Shown piece by piece: positions 10,000 through 19,895 of a stretch of 44,951 bases of DNA (position 1 is the first letter of the stretch; each line of letters starts with the position of its first letter). The stretch covers positions 1 through 44,951 of the forward strand of contig MHLM01000013.1 in NCBI GenBank assembly GCA_001821395.1. The letters run 5' to 3'. The DNA comes from Candidatus Lloydbacteria bacterium RIFCSPHIGHO2_02_FULL_50_18. GTDB taxonomy: Bacteria > Patescibacteriota > Minisyncoccia > Phycocordibacterales > UBA6899. Both the position numbers and the translations under genes were made by a program. The notes beneath the pieces were generated by a model. That model saw only the letters and a list, made by a program, of their open reading frames with translations. It did no database searches and had not been told where the DNA came from.

Positions 10000-11016
10000 A
10001 TGAAGCTCGAACGCATATTGCACATCTTCAGTTTCATCATCGCACCATGCGTTATTGGGGTGCTCAGTGCGCTTTTTTTTCTGCAAAGAGGGGCATTGCT
10101 TTTTCCAGTTCACCCAGTTACTCCGGTGGGGGAGCAATCAACGAGCACAACCTACGTCATAACCGCGCCGGTCTTTAGTCCACCCTCGCCACCCCTCGAT
10201 CCTTCAAGGAGCACAGCTATACGACAACTCATTCCGGATGTCATTGCGCCAACCTCCACTCCAGAGAAGACGGTGGTGACACCGGAACCGCTCATCATCT
10301 GGAAGGATGCCGCACCTGACACTTCGATCACGAACAATACAGCCACTGGCGTGTCTCTCGCATTGAACGAGAGCGATATCGTTCGCTTTACGAATGACGA
10401 ACGTGCAAGTGAGGGACTGCCGCCATTTTCGATGAATAGTAACCTTACTGCGATCGCGAGAGCAAAAGCGATCGACATGATCGAAAAACAGTACTTTGCA
10501 CACGTATCGCCGTCCGGTATCGATGTGGCAAAAATGTCAGAGTTTTATGGTTATCTCTACTTGAACATCGGAGAAAATTTAGCACTCGGTGACTTTGTTT
10601 CGAGTCGTGAAGTGGTAACAGGCTGGATGAATTCTCCGGGACATCGGGCAAATATCATGAATACGAGCTACAAAGAGATAGGTGTCGCCGCACTCGTGGG
10701 TACCTATGAAGGGCATACGGTTTGGTTCGCGGTGCAGGAATTCGGCCGTCCTCTTTCCGATTGCCCGTCGCCAGATCCGCTGCTTGATAAAAAGATCAGT
10801 ATTTTTGAAGAAGAGCTTACGAAGCTCGATGGGTCGCTTGATAGACTGAATACACAAATGGAAACTCCCGGCACGAGTGCCAAAGCCTATAATCTAATGG
10901 TCGATGATTTTAACACCATCGCCGAACTGTACAATAGTCTTCTCGCTACAACGAAGGATGCAATTCTTCGCTACAATGCGGAAGCCAAAAGATATAATGA
11001 TTGCGTCGGCTTATGA
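10000..11016 (+). CDS. membrane-anchored CAP/SCP (PR-1-like, YkwD family) domain protein with Pro/Thr-rich linker and C-terminal coiled-coil-like tail
   Basis: An N-terminal hydrophobic segment, then the CAP core NDERASEGLPP ... GENLA ... GWMNSPGHRANIMN ... YKEIGVA. Confidence 0.75.
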   Translation: MKLERILHIFSFIIAPCVIGVLSALFFLQRGALLFPVHPVTPVGEQSTSTTYVITAPVFSPPSPPLDPSRSTAIRQLIPDVIAPTSTPEKTVVTPEPLIIWKDAAPDTSITNNTATGVSLALNESDIVRFTNDERASEGLPPFSMNSNLTAIARAKAIDMIEKQYFAHVSPSGIDVAKMSEFYGYLYLNIGENLALGDFVSSREVVTGWMNSPGHRANIMNTSYKEIGVAALVGTYEGHTVWFAVQEFGRPLSDCPSPDPLLDKKISIFEEELTKLDGSLDRLNTQMETPGTSAKAYNLMVDDFNTIAELYNSLLATTKDAILRYNAEAKRYNDCVGL

Positions 11017-11178
11017 GCATGGTCGTGACTGGGGTGCTTTAGCGTACCGTCCTACCCGTTCTCGAACAAAACCATCGCACGCCAACTCGTGTAAATAGCA
11101 AATGACTTGCGCGCCGGTTGATTTTATGGGCTTATGGTATTAGGATACTTGCAGTGATGTTTTTTGAAAGGAATTCCG

Positions 11179-12129
11179 ATGAAAAGACCGATCGAGGTGA
11201 TCGGGGTTCCGTTTGCACAGGGCGGTAGTAAGGGTGGGTCTGCAAACGGACCTCGAGGGCTTATCGAAAATGGGCTGCTGGATTTTCTTGAGACAAATGG
11301 GCTTACGTCGACTTACACTGACGTGCAGGGGACAAGCATGTTCCCCGAAATATTCTCAGCCTCTCCGGTGCTCTCCGGACCCGTATGTTCTCATGATGCG
11401 GTTCTTGAGGTGGCGAAACTTGCCGGTGCGCGCGTATTCGCTGCGCATACGCTCGGGCGACTGCCGCTGGTGATCGGGGGTGATCATTCGATCTCGCTTG
11501 GTACGGTTCCGCAATTTCTCGATCCGGTATTCTCGCATGGGAGAAAGGTGGGGCTCATTTGGCTTGATGCGCATTATGATGCGCACACACCAAAGACGTC
11601 GCATTCGCACTTTGCGAACGGTTTCCCACTTGCCTCCGCGCTTGGATACGGAGAACGCACACTCGGTTGCTATGGGGCATTTGGTAGAGCCGCACAGCAT
11701 CGACGTTTACGATTTCGGCCTGAACATGTGTTGCATCTCGGTGCAGGAAAGAGCGATTGTGAACCTGAAGAACTCGCGCTGCTTCAGAAGCTCAATGTTA
11801 AGACCGTAACGATGACCGATGTCAATCGTGGCGGGTACAAGGTGTTGATTGATGCCCTTGATGCGCTTCTTTGTGAAGTTGACGATGTCATCTTCACCTT
11901 CGATCTTGATGCGATGCATAAAAAATTCGTCCCCGGTGTTTCCTTTCAGAGTACGGGTGGTTTGTTTCCGTGGCATGCATTCAAGATCGCGGATAGGATC
12001 GCAACTTCAGGTAAATTGCGCCAGATCGAGATCGTTGAATATAATCCTGATGCGGAGGAATATACGGACCTCGGATATCCCAAAACAGTTGATTTTGTTC
12101 TTTTCTTTCTTGAGCGGCTTCTTCACTGA
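11179..12129 (+). CDS. arginase/agmatinase (ureohydrolase) family enzyme, probably arginase
   Basis: GGDHSIS, DAHYDAHTP and the binuclear-Mn ligand pattern. It sits next to the ornithine aminotransferase and P5C dehydrogenase genes. AAAGGAA lies upstream of ATG 11179. Confidence 0.75.
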   Translation: MKRPIEVIGVPFAQGGSKGGSANGPRGLIENGLLDFLETNGLTSTYTDVQGTSMFPEIFSASPVLSGPVCSHDAVLEVAKLAGARVFAAHTLGRLPLVIGGDHSISLGTVPQFLDPVFSHGRKVGLIWLDAHYDAHTPKTSHSHFANGFPLASALGYGERTLGCYGAFGRAAQHRRLRFRPEHVLHLGAGKSDCEPEELALLQKLNVKTVTMTDVNRGGYKVLIDALDALLCEVDDVIFTFDLDAMHKKFVPGVSFQSTGGLFPWHAFKIADRIATSGKLRQIEIVEYNPDAEEYTDLGYPKTVDFVLFFLERLLH

Positions 12130-12142
12130 GTCAAACAAATAA

Positions 12143-12169
12143 CCCCATGCTAAGGCATGGGGTTTTTTT
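12143..12169. terminator. bidirectional rho-independent terminator (CCCCATGC-TAAG-GCATGGGG + T7)
   Basis: A perfect 8-bp stem flanked by an A-rich stretch on the left and a T-run on the right. It lies between the convergent arginase and aminotransferase genes. Confidence 0.85.
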
Positions 12170-13459
12170 CTACTCTTTCGGTAGGGTCCGCAGAGCGATC
12201 TCTGCAAACGTTTTACCGATAAGTTCCGCGAGGCGCTTCACTTCAGTTTCGGTGATGATGAGTGCCGGAGTGATGCGGATGACATTATGTGCATCCTTTG
12301 TCATAACACCATTTTTAAGCAGTTCATCGATCACCATGTGCGAGTCAACGCCTGGTGCAAGAACAATACCGATCATGAGTCCGCGACCGCGTACGAGCGG
12401 TGCGATCTTCGCAGCTCCACCACAGGACAATTCTTGTCTCAGTTGATGGAGCAGTGATGCACCCATCATTGCTGAACGAACGCAAAGCTTCTCGTCTTTG
12501 ATGATCGCAAGTGCCTCAAGAGCGATCGCCATTGCCGTCGTGTTGCCGCCGTGCGTTGAGCCATGGTCTCCGGGCGTGAACACCATGTGCTCGTCGTTCC
12601 CGAGAACCATTGCCACGGGATGCTTGCCCGCACCCAAGGTTTTTCCGATCACGACTAAGTCCGGTTTCACTCCTTCGTGCCATGAGGCAAGCAGGTATCC
12701 GGTGCGGCCGAGTCCGGCTTGGATCTCGTCTGCGCAAAAAATAACATTGTTCTTTTCGCACAGAAATGCACAGGCTTTCAGGTACCCCGGAGGAGGGATT
12801 CGTACACCCCCTTCACCTTGGATGGGCTCTACCAGAAAACCGACGATGGTCGGAGCACCGCTCTCTGCGTCCTCTTGCATCACCTTCGCAAAAGCACCAT
12901 AGTCCCCATATGGAACAGTGATGAATGCATCCGCAGCGTAGGGACCAAAGTTCTCGCGGTATGTGGGTTCACTGGAGAATCCGACAACAGTCGTCGTGCG
13001 ACCGTGAAAGTTCCCCTCACAGATGACGATACGGGCTTTACCCCGCTCGACGCTCTTTTTCGTGTATCCCCATTTGCGCATCAATTTGATTGCAGCCTCG
13101 ACCGCCTCAACCCCACCATTTGTGGTGAGCGCCTTGTCATAGCCAAATGCCTTTGTGCAGGCGTATTCAAGCATCGTTCCAAGCTGAGGTGTGGGGTGGA
13201 CGTTTGGCACGATACCGACGACACCCCAACCATCCTTGTCAACGGCGTTGAGTTTCCGAAGCAGTGCACAGATACGCGGATGGTTGTGCCCGAGACCGAC
13301 CGAGCCATAGCCGGATGCGGCGTCGATGTATTCCTTCCCGTCGGTATCTTTGACGTAGATGCCTTTTCCTTTTGCAAAACAGACCGATGATCTCGCGTAA
13401 TGTCTTGAGCCATAGTGGTCCATTTGTGCAAGCAGTTCCCCAGTACTCTTTTTGCTCAT
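12170..13459 (-). CDS. rocD: ornithine aminotransferase (class III PLP aminotransferase)
   Basis: ADEIQAGLGRTG and GKTLGAG (PLP lysine) motifs resemble OAT more than ArgD. The length is typical for the family. Confidence 0.8.
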   Translation of the reverse strand: MSKKSTGELLAQMDHYGSRHYARSSVCFAKGKGIYVKDTDGKEYIDAASGYGSVGLGHNHPRICALLRKLNAVDKDGWGVVGIVPNVHPTPQLGTMLEYACTKAFGYDKALTTNGGVEAVEAAIKLMRKWGYTKKSVERGKARIVICEGNFHGRTTTVVGFSSEPTYRENFGPYAADAFITVPYGDYGAFAKVMQEDAESGAPTIVGFLVEPIQGEGGVRIPPPGYLKACAFLCEKNNVIFCADEIQAGLGRTGYLLASWHEGVKPDLVVIGKTLGAGKHPVAMVLGNDEHMVFTPGDHGSTHGGNTTAMAIALEALAIIKDEKLCVRSAMMGASLLHQLRQELSCGGAAKIAPLVRGRGLMIGIVLAPGVDSHMVIDELLKNGVMTKDAHNVIRITPALIITETEVKRLAELIGKTFAEIALRTLPKE

Positions 13460-13637
13460 TTTTTCACTCCTTTAAACAACGGGTACTCCTTTCTCGTTCT
13501 ACCAGAACAAATGAGAGAGGGCAACCCCATATGAATGACAAGTTCAGCACTGTGGTTAAGCCAGATTTACCCTTTGACAGGTGGAAGGAAGAGCAGTAGG
13601 TTGAGGAAGGTTTTACAGCTCTTTGAAGGAGAAAGTA

Positions 13638-15362
13638 ATGAAGTTACCAACCAAGCGTGCATTTCGGAAAGAAGCTGATGTGGTGATGTCTGGTGAAAGT
13701 TATCCCGACTTTACAACCGGAGCAGTGAGGGAGCGCCTTATAGAGGCGCATCATGAAATTTGTTCGTGCTATCTGAGAAAAACGTTTCCTCATGTTTTGG
13801 CGGGAAAAGAATTTAATTCATCACTCACTACGTATGCGGATGTTAACCCATATTCTGGCTTCGCTTTGTGTCAGTTTCAGCGCTTTGATCCGACATGGGA
13901 CATCGGCAGTGCAATTGGTGATATCGAAAAGGCACAAGATGTCTGGCGCGAAACACCATGGAAGGTGCGGGCCGAATATCTCTATTCGCTTGCGCATGCA
14001 CTTATGAGCGAGAAGTGGACGTGGCGTTTCGTGTCGGCCCTGATGCTTGACACCGGAAAGAGTGCGGCTGAAGCATGGGGTGAGTACAACGAAGTGTATC
14101 GTTTTGTGCTGATCCATATTGGGTTTATGTTCAAACGATATACAGAAAACGACCAATTCAAATCGTGCGGACTTTCCGGTGATTATTTCGGCTACAGCTT
14201 CAAGGGTCGCGGTATTGGTCTTGTGGTCGCGCCGTTCAATTTTCCTGCAGCTATTCCCGTTCGCATGCTGACACTCATGCTGGCATTCGGCAACGTCGTG
14301 ATTTTGAAGGGCGCGACGACCGCATCGTTGGTGACCCGTGTCATCTTCGATGTGTGCGAAGAAGTACGGAAGGAGACGGGCATCGGCCCAGTGGGCTTGG
14401 TGAACTTTGCTCCGGGTTCCGGCGGAACTGCCGTGGATGCATTTCTCTCCGATCCTCGGCTTAAGATCGTCTCATTCACCGGAAGCTCGGAGGTCTGTGA
14501 GGCGATGATCAAGAAGCATCAGTTTTCTCCACGTACGGGCGGAAATCAGTTGACGATCGGCTCGGCGGAAACCGGCGGCGTGAACTGGGTCGTATTGCGC
14601 TACTTCCACGATCTCGATTGGTTCGTTTTGCAGTGCATTAAGGGCAACTTCGGTATCAGCGGGCAGAAATGCTCAACGACACGATTGGTATTTGTTCCCG
14701 AGGAACTCAAAGAAGATCTGCTTCACCGTCTCTTTGTGGCTTACGACAAGCTCATATACGGCAATGTCCTCGATGGTGCGGACTTGGGTCCCGTGATCGA
14801 TATGGCTGCAAAGAGAGAGATCGACAAAAAGATTGCATTCCTTGCGAATGGTTTCGCAGAGATTGTGTATCAGAAAACGATCACCCCTTCGCCGAGTGGT
14901 CAAGATGTCGCTCCAACGATTTTGCTTGCTGACAATGATGCAATTCGCAATAAGGTGGTAATGCAAACACTTCTCGACACCGAGATATTTGGTCCGGTCT
15001 TCACCTTGGTGCCATTTCGATCGATAGACGAGGTTCATGCATTGCGCCCGTCGATGGAATACGGTCTTACGGGTTCGTATTACGCCGAGCATCCTGAACG
15101 ACTTGCGGAAGGCATGATGTTCCTTCCGGCAGGGAATGCCTATGGCAATCGTCGTTCGACCGGTGCAACCGGCCCGGAAGAATTTGGCGGGCTCGGTGGC
15201 TCGAAGTCATCATACAACTCTGGACTCAAGGGATATGATGAGGTCGCGCTCTATGTGCAAAAGCGAACGCACTCTGCTGTCTATCCGAAGAGTTGGACGG
15301 AAAGAGAGAAACGCACGTTCCGCAGGAAAATGGAACTACATGGCGTTGCCGTGAAGTGGTAA
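13638..15362 (+). CDS. rocA: aldehyde dehydrogenase family, 1-pyrroline-5-carboxylate (glutamate semialdehyde) dehydrogenase type
   Basis: ALDH fold with catalytic Cys in QKCSTT and FTGSSEV. The length (~575 aa) and neighbourhood fit P5CDH. AAGGAG lies upstream of ATG 13638. Confidence 0.75.
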   Translation: MKLPTKRAFRKEADVVMSGESYPDFTTGAVRERLIEAHHEICSCYLRKTFPHVLAGKEFNSSLTTYADVNPYSGFALCQFQRFDPTWDIGSAIGDIEKAQDVWRETPWKVRAEYLYSLAHALMSEKWTWRFVSALMLDTGKSAAEAWGEYNEVYRFVLIHIGFMFKRYTENDQFKSCGLSGDYFGYSFKGRGIGLVVAPFNFPAAIPVRMLTLMLAFGNVVILKGATTASLVTRVIFDVCEEVRKETGIGPVGLVNFAPGSGGTAVDAFLSDPRLKIVSFTGSSEVCEAMIKKHQFSPRTGGNQLTIGSAETGGVNWVVLRYFHDLDWFVLQCIKGNFGISGQKCSTTRLVFVPEELKEDLLHRLFVAYDKLIYGNVLDGADLGPVIDMAAKREIDKKIAFLANGFAEIVYQKTITPSPSGQDVAPTILLADNDAIRNKVVMQTLLDTEIFGPVFTLVPFRSIDEVHALRPSMEYGLTGSYYAEHPERLAEGMMFLPAGNAYGNRRSTGATGPEEFGGLGGSKSSYNSGLKGYDEVALYVQKRTHSAVYPKSWTEREKRTFRRKMELHGVAVKW

Positions 15363-15384
15363 GGGGATACATCCCATTGTTTGG

Positions 15385-15417
15385 CCGCTTATCCGAAAAG
15401 GGTAAGCGGTTTTTTTA
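15385..15417 (+). terminator. rho-independent terminator after rocA-like gene
   Basis: CCGCTTATCC-GAAAA-GGGTAAGCGG followed by T7. Confidence 0.8.
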
Positions 15418-15518
15418 TTCATAATTATTACCCGTATCCCCTCATTTGAGTTTTTTGTCGTAAGAATATTTTGCAAGCAAGCATTTCTATATTTAAAGCC
15501 ATATTTTCACCCTTTTTT

Positions 15519-15537
15519 GTCAAGGTTTAACCTTGAC
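15519..15537. promoter_or_regulatory. 19-bp palindrome GTCAAGGTT-T-AACCTTGAC (9-1-9) overlapping a TTGACA box; copy 1 of a shared operator-like element
   Basis: Perfect inverted repeat. The extended context TTTTTGTCAAGGTTTAACCTTGACATTCATCG recurs at 29161-29193. Confidence 0.6.
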
Positions 15538-15638
15538 ATTCATCGTGCATGACCGCTTTTTTGTCTCGCTTCCTTTACTTATCATGAATACGATGTAGTT
15601 TGAAAGTAGCGTCATTCTTTCACAAAGGAGGTTCTATT

Positions 15639-16331
15639 ATGACTGAGACAAAAGTTCTAGAAAAAGTCGATGCGAGCCTTGTGGAGCTCAAGGGGAGGCT
15701 GTTTAATACGCTCAAGTTGCGTGAACGTCTCTTGACTGCCGATGCTATGTTGCGACCCATTGGACAATTGTGGTTACTGGCCGCTGTTTTCATCGGTGGA
15801 CCATATGTTTATGACCCGCTTCGTTATTCGGTGCACGCAGGATTCATCTACTCCGCGATTAGTTTTGCCCTTTATTACGGTCTGATCGGCGCGGTGCGTC
15901 GGAGTACTGAGACTTATCTCGAAAAACTCGCCGCGAGTTTTGGATACGATCTTACAAAGGGGAGCCTGAAGGCATTGCAGGATCAGCTCGATGTGAATAA
16001 ACCATTCAAAGATAGTGATGACCCACGGCTCGTGCAATTCCTCTTTCGTATTGGAAATTTTCTTCATCTTCCACGAAGAGGTTTGGTTCAACAGACGGTT
16101 GTGCTTGCCCAGTTTATCTTTTTGGGCTATTACACGTTCAACTACATTCACTTCTTTGGCAATCTCACTCCCGAGCATTTTCCCGAAATTCTTTGGCAAT
16201 TGCATGGGGCAGTAACGCTTTTTGGAGTGATCATGATGGCGAAAAATGCATCGTTTCTCCTGACGAGCAGATTCTTCCTTGCTTTCATTAAGGGTGCTCT
16301 TGACTTTAAGATGCTATCAAAGAAGGAGTAG
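15639..16331 (+). CDS. hypothetical polytopic membrane protein
   Basis: AAGGAGG sits 7 nt upstream of the ATG. It has several hydrophobic segments and no recognisable domain. Confidence 0.6.
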   Translation: MTETKVLEKVDASLVELKGRLFNTLKLRERLLTADAMLRPIGQLWLLAAVFIGGPYVYDPLRYSVHAGFIYSAISFALYYGLIGAVRRSTETYLEKLAASFGYDLTKGSLKALQDQLDVNKPFKDSDDPRLVQFLFRIGNFLHLPRRGLVQQTVVLAQFIFLGYYTFNYIHFFGNLTPEHFPEILWQLHGAVTLFGVIMMAKNASFLLTSRFFLAFIKGALDFKMLSKKE

Positions 16332-16344
16332 TTTTTGTAAAGTA

Positions 16345-16372
16345 CCGCCGACGAAAGTCGGCGGTTTTTTGT
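16345..16372 (+). terminator. rho-independent terminator (CCGCCGAC-GAAA-GTCGGCGG + T-run)
   Basis: Perfect stem followed by TTTTTTGTTTTTT. Confidence 0.85.
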
Positions 16373-16443
16373 TTTTTATACGCATTCATATGCAGGGAGC
16401 AAGCATGGCTGTGCCATGAAAAGAGATCACTCTCGAAGAAGTG

Positions 16444-17679
16444 CTATTTCGTATCGACCAGGCGAAGAGGGAAGTAGACAGCAATGAGCATGATGCCTGC
16501 AAGTACGGAAAAGAGCTGTACCATGGTAACGATCTGAAATTGAAGCAAAATACTTGCGAGAATAGGAGCGGCGATGAATGCCATTGGCCGTGAGCGACGG
16601 AAATGTCCGATCAGCCCCGCCTGTCTTCCGTTGATCTTTTTGAAGAAAAATGTCTCCGACATTGATTCAACAGTTGCAGCTCCAGAGCGACCGACAAAAA
16701 GCAGTATCGTCCATACGAGGAGACCAACTTTCGCTTCCGAGAGAATGGGAATGAGCGCTGATGTTCCGGCCATGATGAGAAATCCCGCGACAAGCAGTTC
16801 TTTTTCCCCGATCAATTTGTCCGCGAGCCACCCGAGCGGATATGGGAATATGATGAATGCGGAAAGTGCAAAGGTCGTGATAAGTCCGATATCGGTGAAC
16901 GAGACCCCAAGATGATCGTGGAGGTAGAGCGGAAAATAAATGATCATCCATGAATAAAAGAATTGCAGAAAGAAGTTGACGATAAGGATGTTCTTGATGT
17001 CATCGCGCTCGACCTTTGTATCGAGTGACATGAGTTTTGGAACATCCTCGTATGCAAGGTCCTCAAAACCGTTGAACCAATACATGATGATGAAGATCGT
17101 GGGTACCATGATCAACGCACCGAGGAGATAGACCGGCTGGAATCCATATTGATCAACGATCTGTCCCGCAAAAAAGGGAGGTAATAGCCATGCGATACTA
17201 CCGATCACCAGGAAAAGCCCTCGGACCACACCGGTTTTTTCGTTGCTGGAATAGCGTTCCAGAAACACGTCAAAATTAAAATACAACGTCGAGATCAATG
17301 CTGCCTCGATGACGAAAAGAGGAATGATGAGCCATGCGGAATCGAACATCGCGAGTCCGAGAAGCAGAATGATATGAAGAATGATGAGTGAAAGCGTCCA
17401 TCGGTAGTTACCATGCTTGCGGAGCACACGCGGGGCGTAAAAGAGTGCAAGCAGTGTGATGAGTGAAGCGAAGGTGTAGAGCGTACCCACAGTATTTTCC
17501 GGCTCGCTCCAAATCTTCATCGATGAAAGTGAAGGTGTTCCGGAGATGGAATGCTGTATATACGAAGAGTCAACGTAGATCGTGAGTGATACTTGCGCAG
17601 AAAAAAAGAACAACAGCATTGAGAGCGCAATGAATGCTGTTTTTGCTGAAAGCGGTGTTGCCCGTTTGAAAATATTCAT
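16444..17679 (-). CDS. MFS-type transporter (12 predicted hydrophobic segments)
   Basis: Hydrophobicity pattern, length and the loop motif GRSGAATVESM are typical of the major facilitator superfamily. Start is chosen at MNIFKRATP. Confidence 0.7.
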   Translation of the reverse strand: MNIFKRATPLSAKTAFIALSMLLFFFSAQVSLTIYVDSSYIQHSISGTPSLSSMKIWSEPENTVGTLYTFASLITLLALFYAPRVLRKHGNYRWTLSLIILHIILLLGLAMFDSAWLIIPLFVIEAALISTLYFNFDVFLERYSSNEKTGVVRGLFLVIGSIAWLLPPFFAGQIVDQYGFQPVYLLGALIMVPTIFIIMYWFNGFEDLAYEDVPKLMSLDTKVERDDIKNILIVNFFLQFFYSWMIIYFPLYLHDHLGVSFTDIGLITTFALSAFIIFPYPLGWLADKLIGEKELLVAGFLIMAGTSALIPILSEAKVGLLVWTILLFVGRSGAATVESMSETFFFKKINGRQAGLIGHFRRSRPMAFIAAPILASILLQFQIVTMVQLFSVLAGIMLIAVYFPLRLVDTK

Positions 17680-17705
17680 GAGCGCATTATAGCAAAAATA
17701 ATCAC

Positions 17706-17733
17706 AAAAAAAGCAGCCGAAGCCGCTTTTTTG
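17706..17733 (-). terminator. weak terminator-like hairpin after rnj (GCGGC-UUCG-GCUGC + U-run on minus strand)
   Basis: 5-bp stem including one G·U pair, flanked by A and T runs. Confidence 0.4.
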
Positions 17734-17750
17734 CATTCTTTTTTCAGATA

Positions 17751-19850
17751 TTATATTCCAAGCAACACCGGTATCACCATCGGCTGCTTCTGTGTCATTT
17801 GGAACAGAAATTTGCCGACCTCATCGCGAACGTCTTCTTTGACGTATTCGAAATTCACCGTCTTCATGTCCCTACTGCACGCATCCTCGACGGTCTTCTT
17901 GATGATCAGTCGTGCCTGATTCAGCAGTTCTTGTGATTCACGCACATACACGAAACCGCGTGCAATGATATCGGGAGACTTCATGAGCCTACCCGTGTGC
18001 ATGTCCACGGTCGCGACAATGACCACGATGCCATCTTCTGCCAGCATTTGGCGGTCACGCAGCACGACCTCCTGTAGGTTGCCGATGGCGAATCCGTCGA
18101 CCATGATATCTTCCTTGGGCGCTGAGACGGAAAGGCGCACCATCTTTGTTCCTTTCTCGCGAATTTCAAGAATAGTGCCGTTGTCCGGAATGATCGCATT
18201 TCCCTTGAGGACGCCTGCAGTCTCAGCGATCTCTGTGTGAGAGCGAAGCATGTAATGGTATCCGTGAAGCGGGATAAAGAACTTGGGGCTGATATGTGAA
18301 ATGATCCATTTTGATTCCTCGCGATATGAATGTCCCGATGAATGCACATCCGATGTTTCATAGTGCACGACATGCGCGCCTTGTCTGGATAACAGGTCTT
18401 TCAGTTTTTGCACTGCTCGTTCGTTTCCCGGGACAACTGATGATGAGAACAGCACCATGTCTCCTTCGCCAATCTTGATATGCTTGTGTTTTTTTTGTGC
18501 AACGCGCATGAGTACTGCGAAGGGGTCTCCCTGTGCGCCGGTGACGAGCATGACAATGCGCTCGGGCGGATAGTTTTCCATTTCCTCGATCGGAATGACC
18601 GTCCCTTTTTTGTATTCGAACAATTTTGCTTTTTGCGCAAGCTCAATATTAGTCTTCATGCTTCTGCCGTCAATCACGACCTTGCGGTTGTGTTTATCAG
18701 CGAATTCGATGATCTTGATGAGGCGTTCAAGCAATGAAGAGAATGTTGCAACGATGACGCGACCATGCGCCTCCTTGATCAACTTCTCGATCGTATGATG
18801 CACGATTGGTTCGGGAATAGAGAATCCCGGTTTCTGGCAATTCGTCGAGTCTGCCATGAGTAACAATGTATTTTCAGTCTTGAATTTCTTGTATTCCTTC
18901 AATTCGTTCGCGGTGGGAATTCCTCCGTCGTGATCAAGCTTCAAGTCACCCGTGTGAACGATGTTACCGTACGGTGTCTCAATGATGATGCCCATTGAGT
19001 CGGGAATCGTGTGGGTAACCTTGAAGAATCGGACCGCGAGATCAGTGAACGAGATGCGCTCATCGGTCTCAACTATTTTCATGTTTATTGGTGCGAGATC
19101 CGGAAATTCATCATGACGTTTCTGGATCAGCATTGCAGTGAGGTTTCTCGCGTAGACCGGAGGGTTTCCCAGCAGCGGAAGAATATATGGCAGGCCCCCG
19201 ATGTGGTCCAAATGGCCGTGGGTGATGAAGATGCCGCGGATCTTGTCTTTGCGTTCCTCGAGGTATTGTGTGTTCGCAAGAATATAATCGACTCCTGGGG
19301 TGTCCTCGTCCTTGAATTTAAAACCGCAGTCGACGATCACGATGTCGTCACCAAATTCCATCGCGGACATATTTCGTCCGATCTCTTCGACGCCTCCAAG
19401 GATCACAATGCGGACATCTCCTGCCGCAAGCGGGGGGATCGCAACCTTCTTTTCTGCGGTCTGTTTGCGCATTTCACGTTCCACAGTGATCGCGTTCCTC
19501 GTATCGTCATAGTGTTTACCCGCTGCGCCTGTTGACTCGCGTCTGCGTTCCGGTCCGCGACTTCCGTGACTGCTGCCTCCGCTTCGTGGGCGTGAGGAGG
19601 AGCCGCGTGAGGGCGCACTGGACACGCTTCTTATCGGGCGTCCGCCTTGCGTACGCACGGGCTGACCGGGGGTTGCACCGCCGGCCCTTGATGGGACAAA
19701 TGCGCGCGCTGCGCCGTGTGTGCGCGTGCGTTGATGTTCTCCACCGGGCCGCACGTAGCTCTGCACGCCGGTCGTGCGCAGTCCCGTCCTCGGTCGCTCC
19801 GGCTGTCCCCCCGGAGACGCCTTTCCTTGGCTGTTGTTTCTTTCATTCAT
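17751..19850 (-). CDS. rnj: ribonuclease J (metallo-beta-lactamase / beta-CASP RNase) with ~140-aa R/G/S/P-rich N-terminal extension
   Basis: HGHLDHIGG motif, beta-CASP region and RNase J C-terminal domain. The N-terminus is low-complexity (RPRSGGSSHGSRGPERRRESTG). Confidence 0.9.
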   Translation of the reverse strand: MNERNNSQGKASPGGQPERPRTGLRTTGVQSYVRPGGEHQRTRTHGAARAFVPSRAGGATPGQPVRTQGGRPIRSVSSAPSRGSSSRPRSGGSSHGSRGPERRRESTGAAGKHYDDTRNAITVEREMRKQTAEKKVAIPPLAAGDVRIVILGGVEEIGRNMSAMEFGDDIVIVDCGFKFKDEDTPGVDYILANTQYLEERKDKIRGIFITHGHLDHIGGLPYILPLLGNPPVYARNLTAMLIQKRHDEFPDLAPINMKIVETDERISFTDLAVRFFKVTHTIPDSMGIIIETPYGNIVHTGDLKLDHDGGIPTANELKEYKKFKTENTLLLMADSTNCQKPGFSIPEPIVHHTIEKLIKEAHGRVIVATFSSLLERLIKIIEFADKHNRKVVIDGRSMKTNIELAQKAKLFEYKKGTVIPIEEMENYPPERIVMLVTGAQGDPFAVLMRVAQKKHKHIKIGEGDMVLFSSSVVPGNERAVQKLKDLLSRQGAHVVHYETSDVHSSGHSYREESKWIISHISPKFFIPLHGYHYMLRSHTEIAETAGVLKGNAIIPDNGTILEIREKGTKMVRLSVSAPKEDIMVDGFAIGNLQEVVLRDRQMLAEDGIVVIVATVDMHTGRLMKSPDIIARGFVYVRESQELLNQARLIIKKTVEDACSRDMKTVNFEYVKEDVRDEVGKFLFQMTQKQPMVIPVLLGI

Positions 19851-19895
19851 AACCTTAAGTAATAAATTTGATAATAATTGATGTAATAATTGAAT

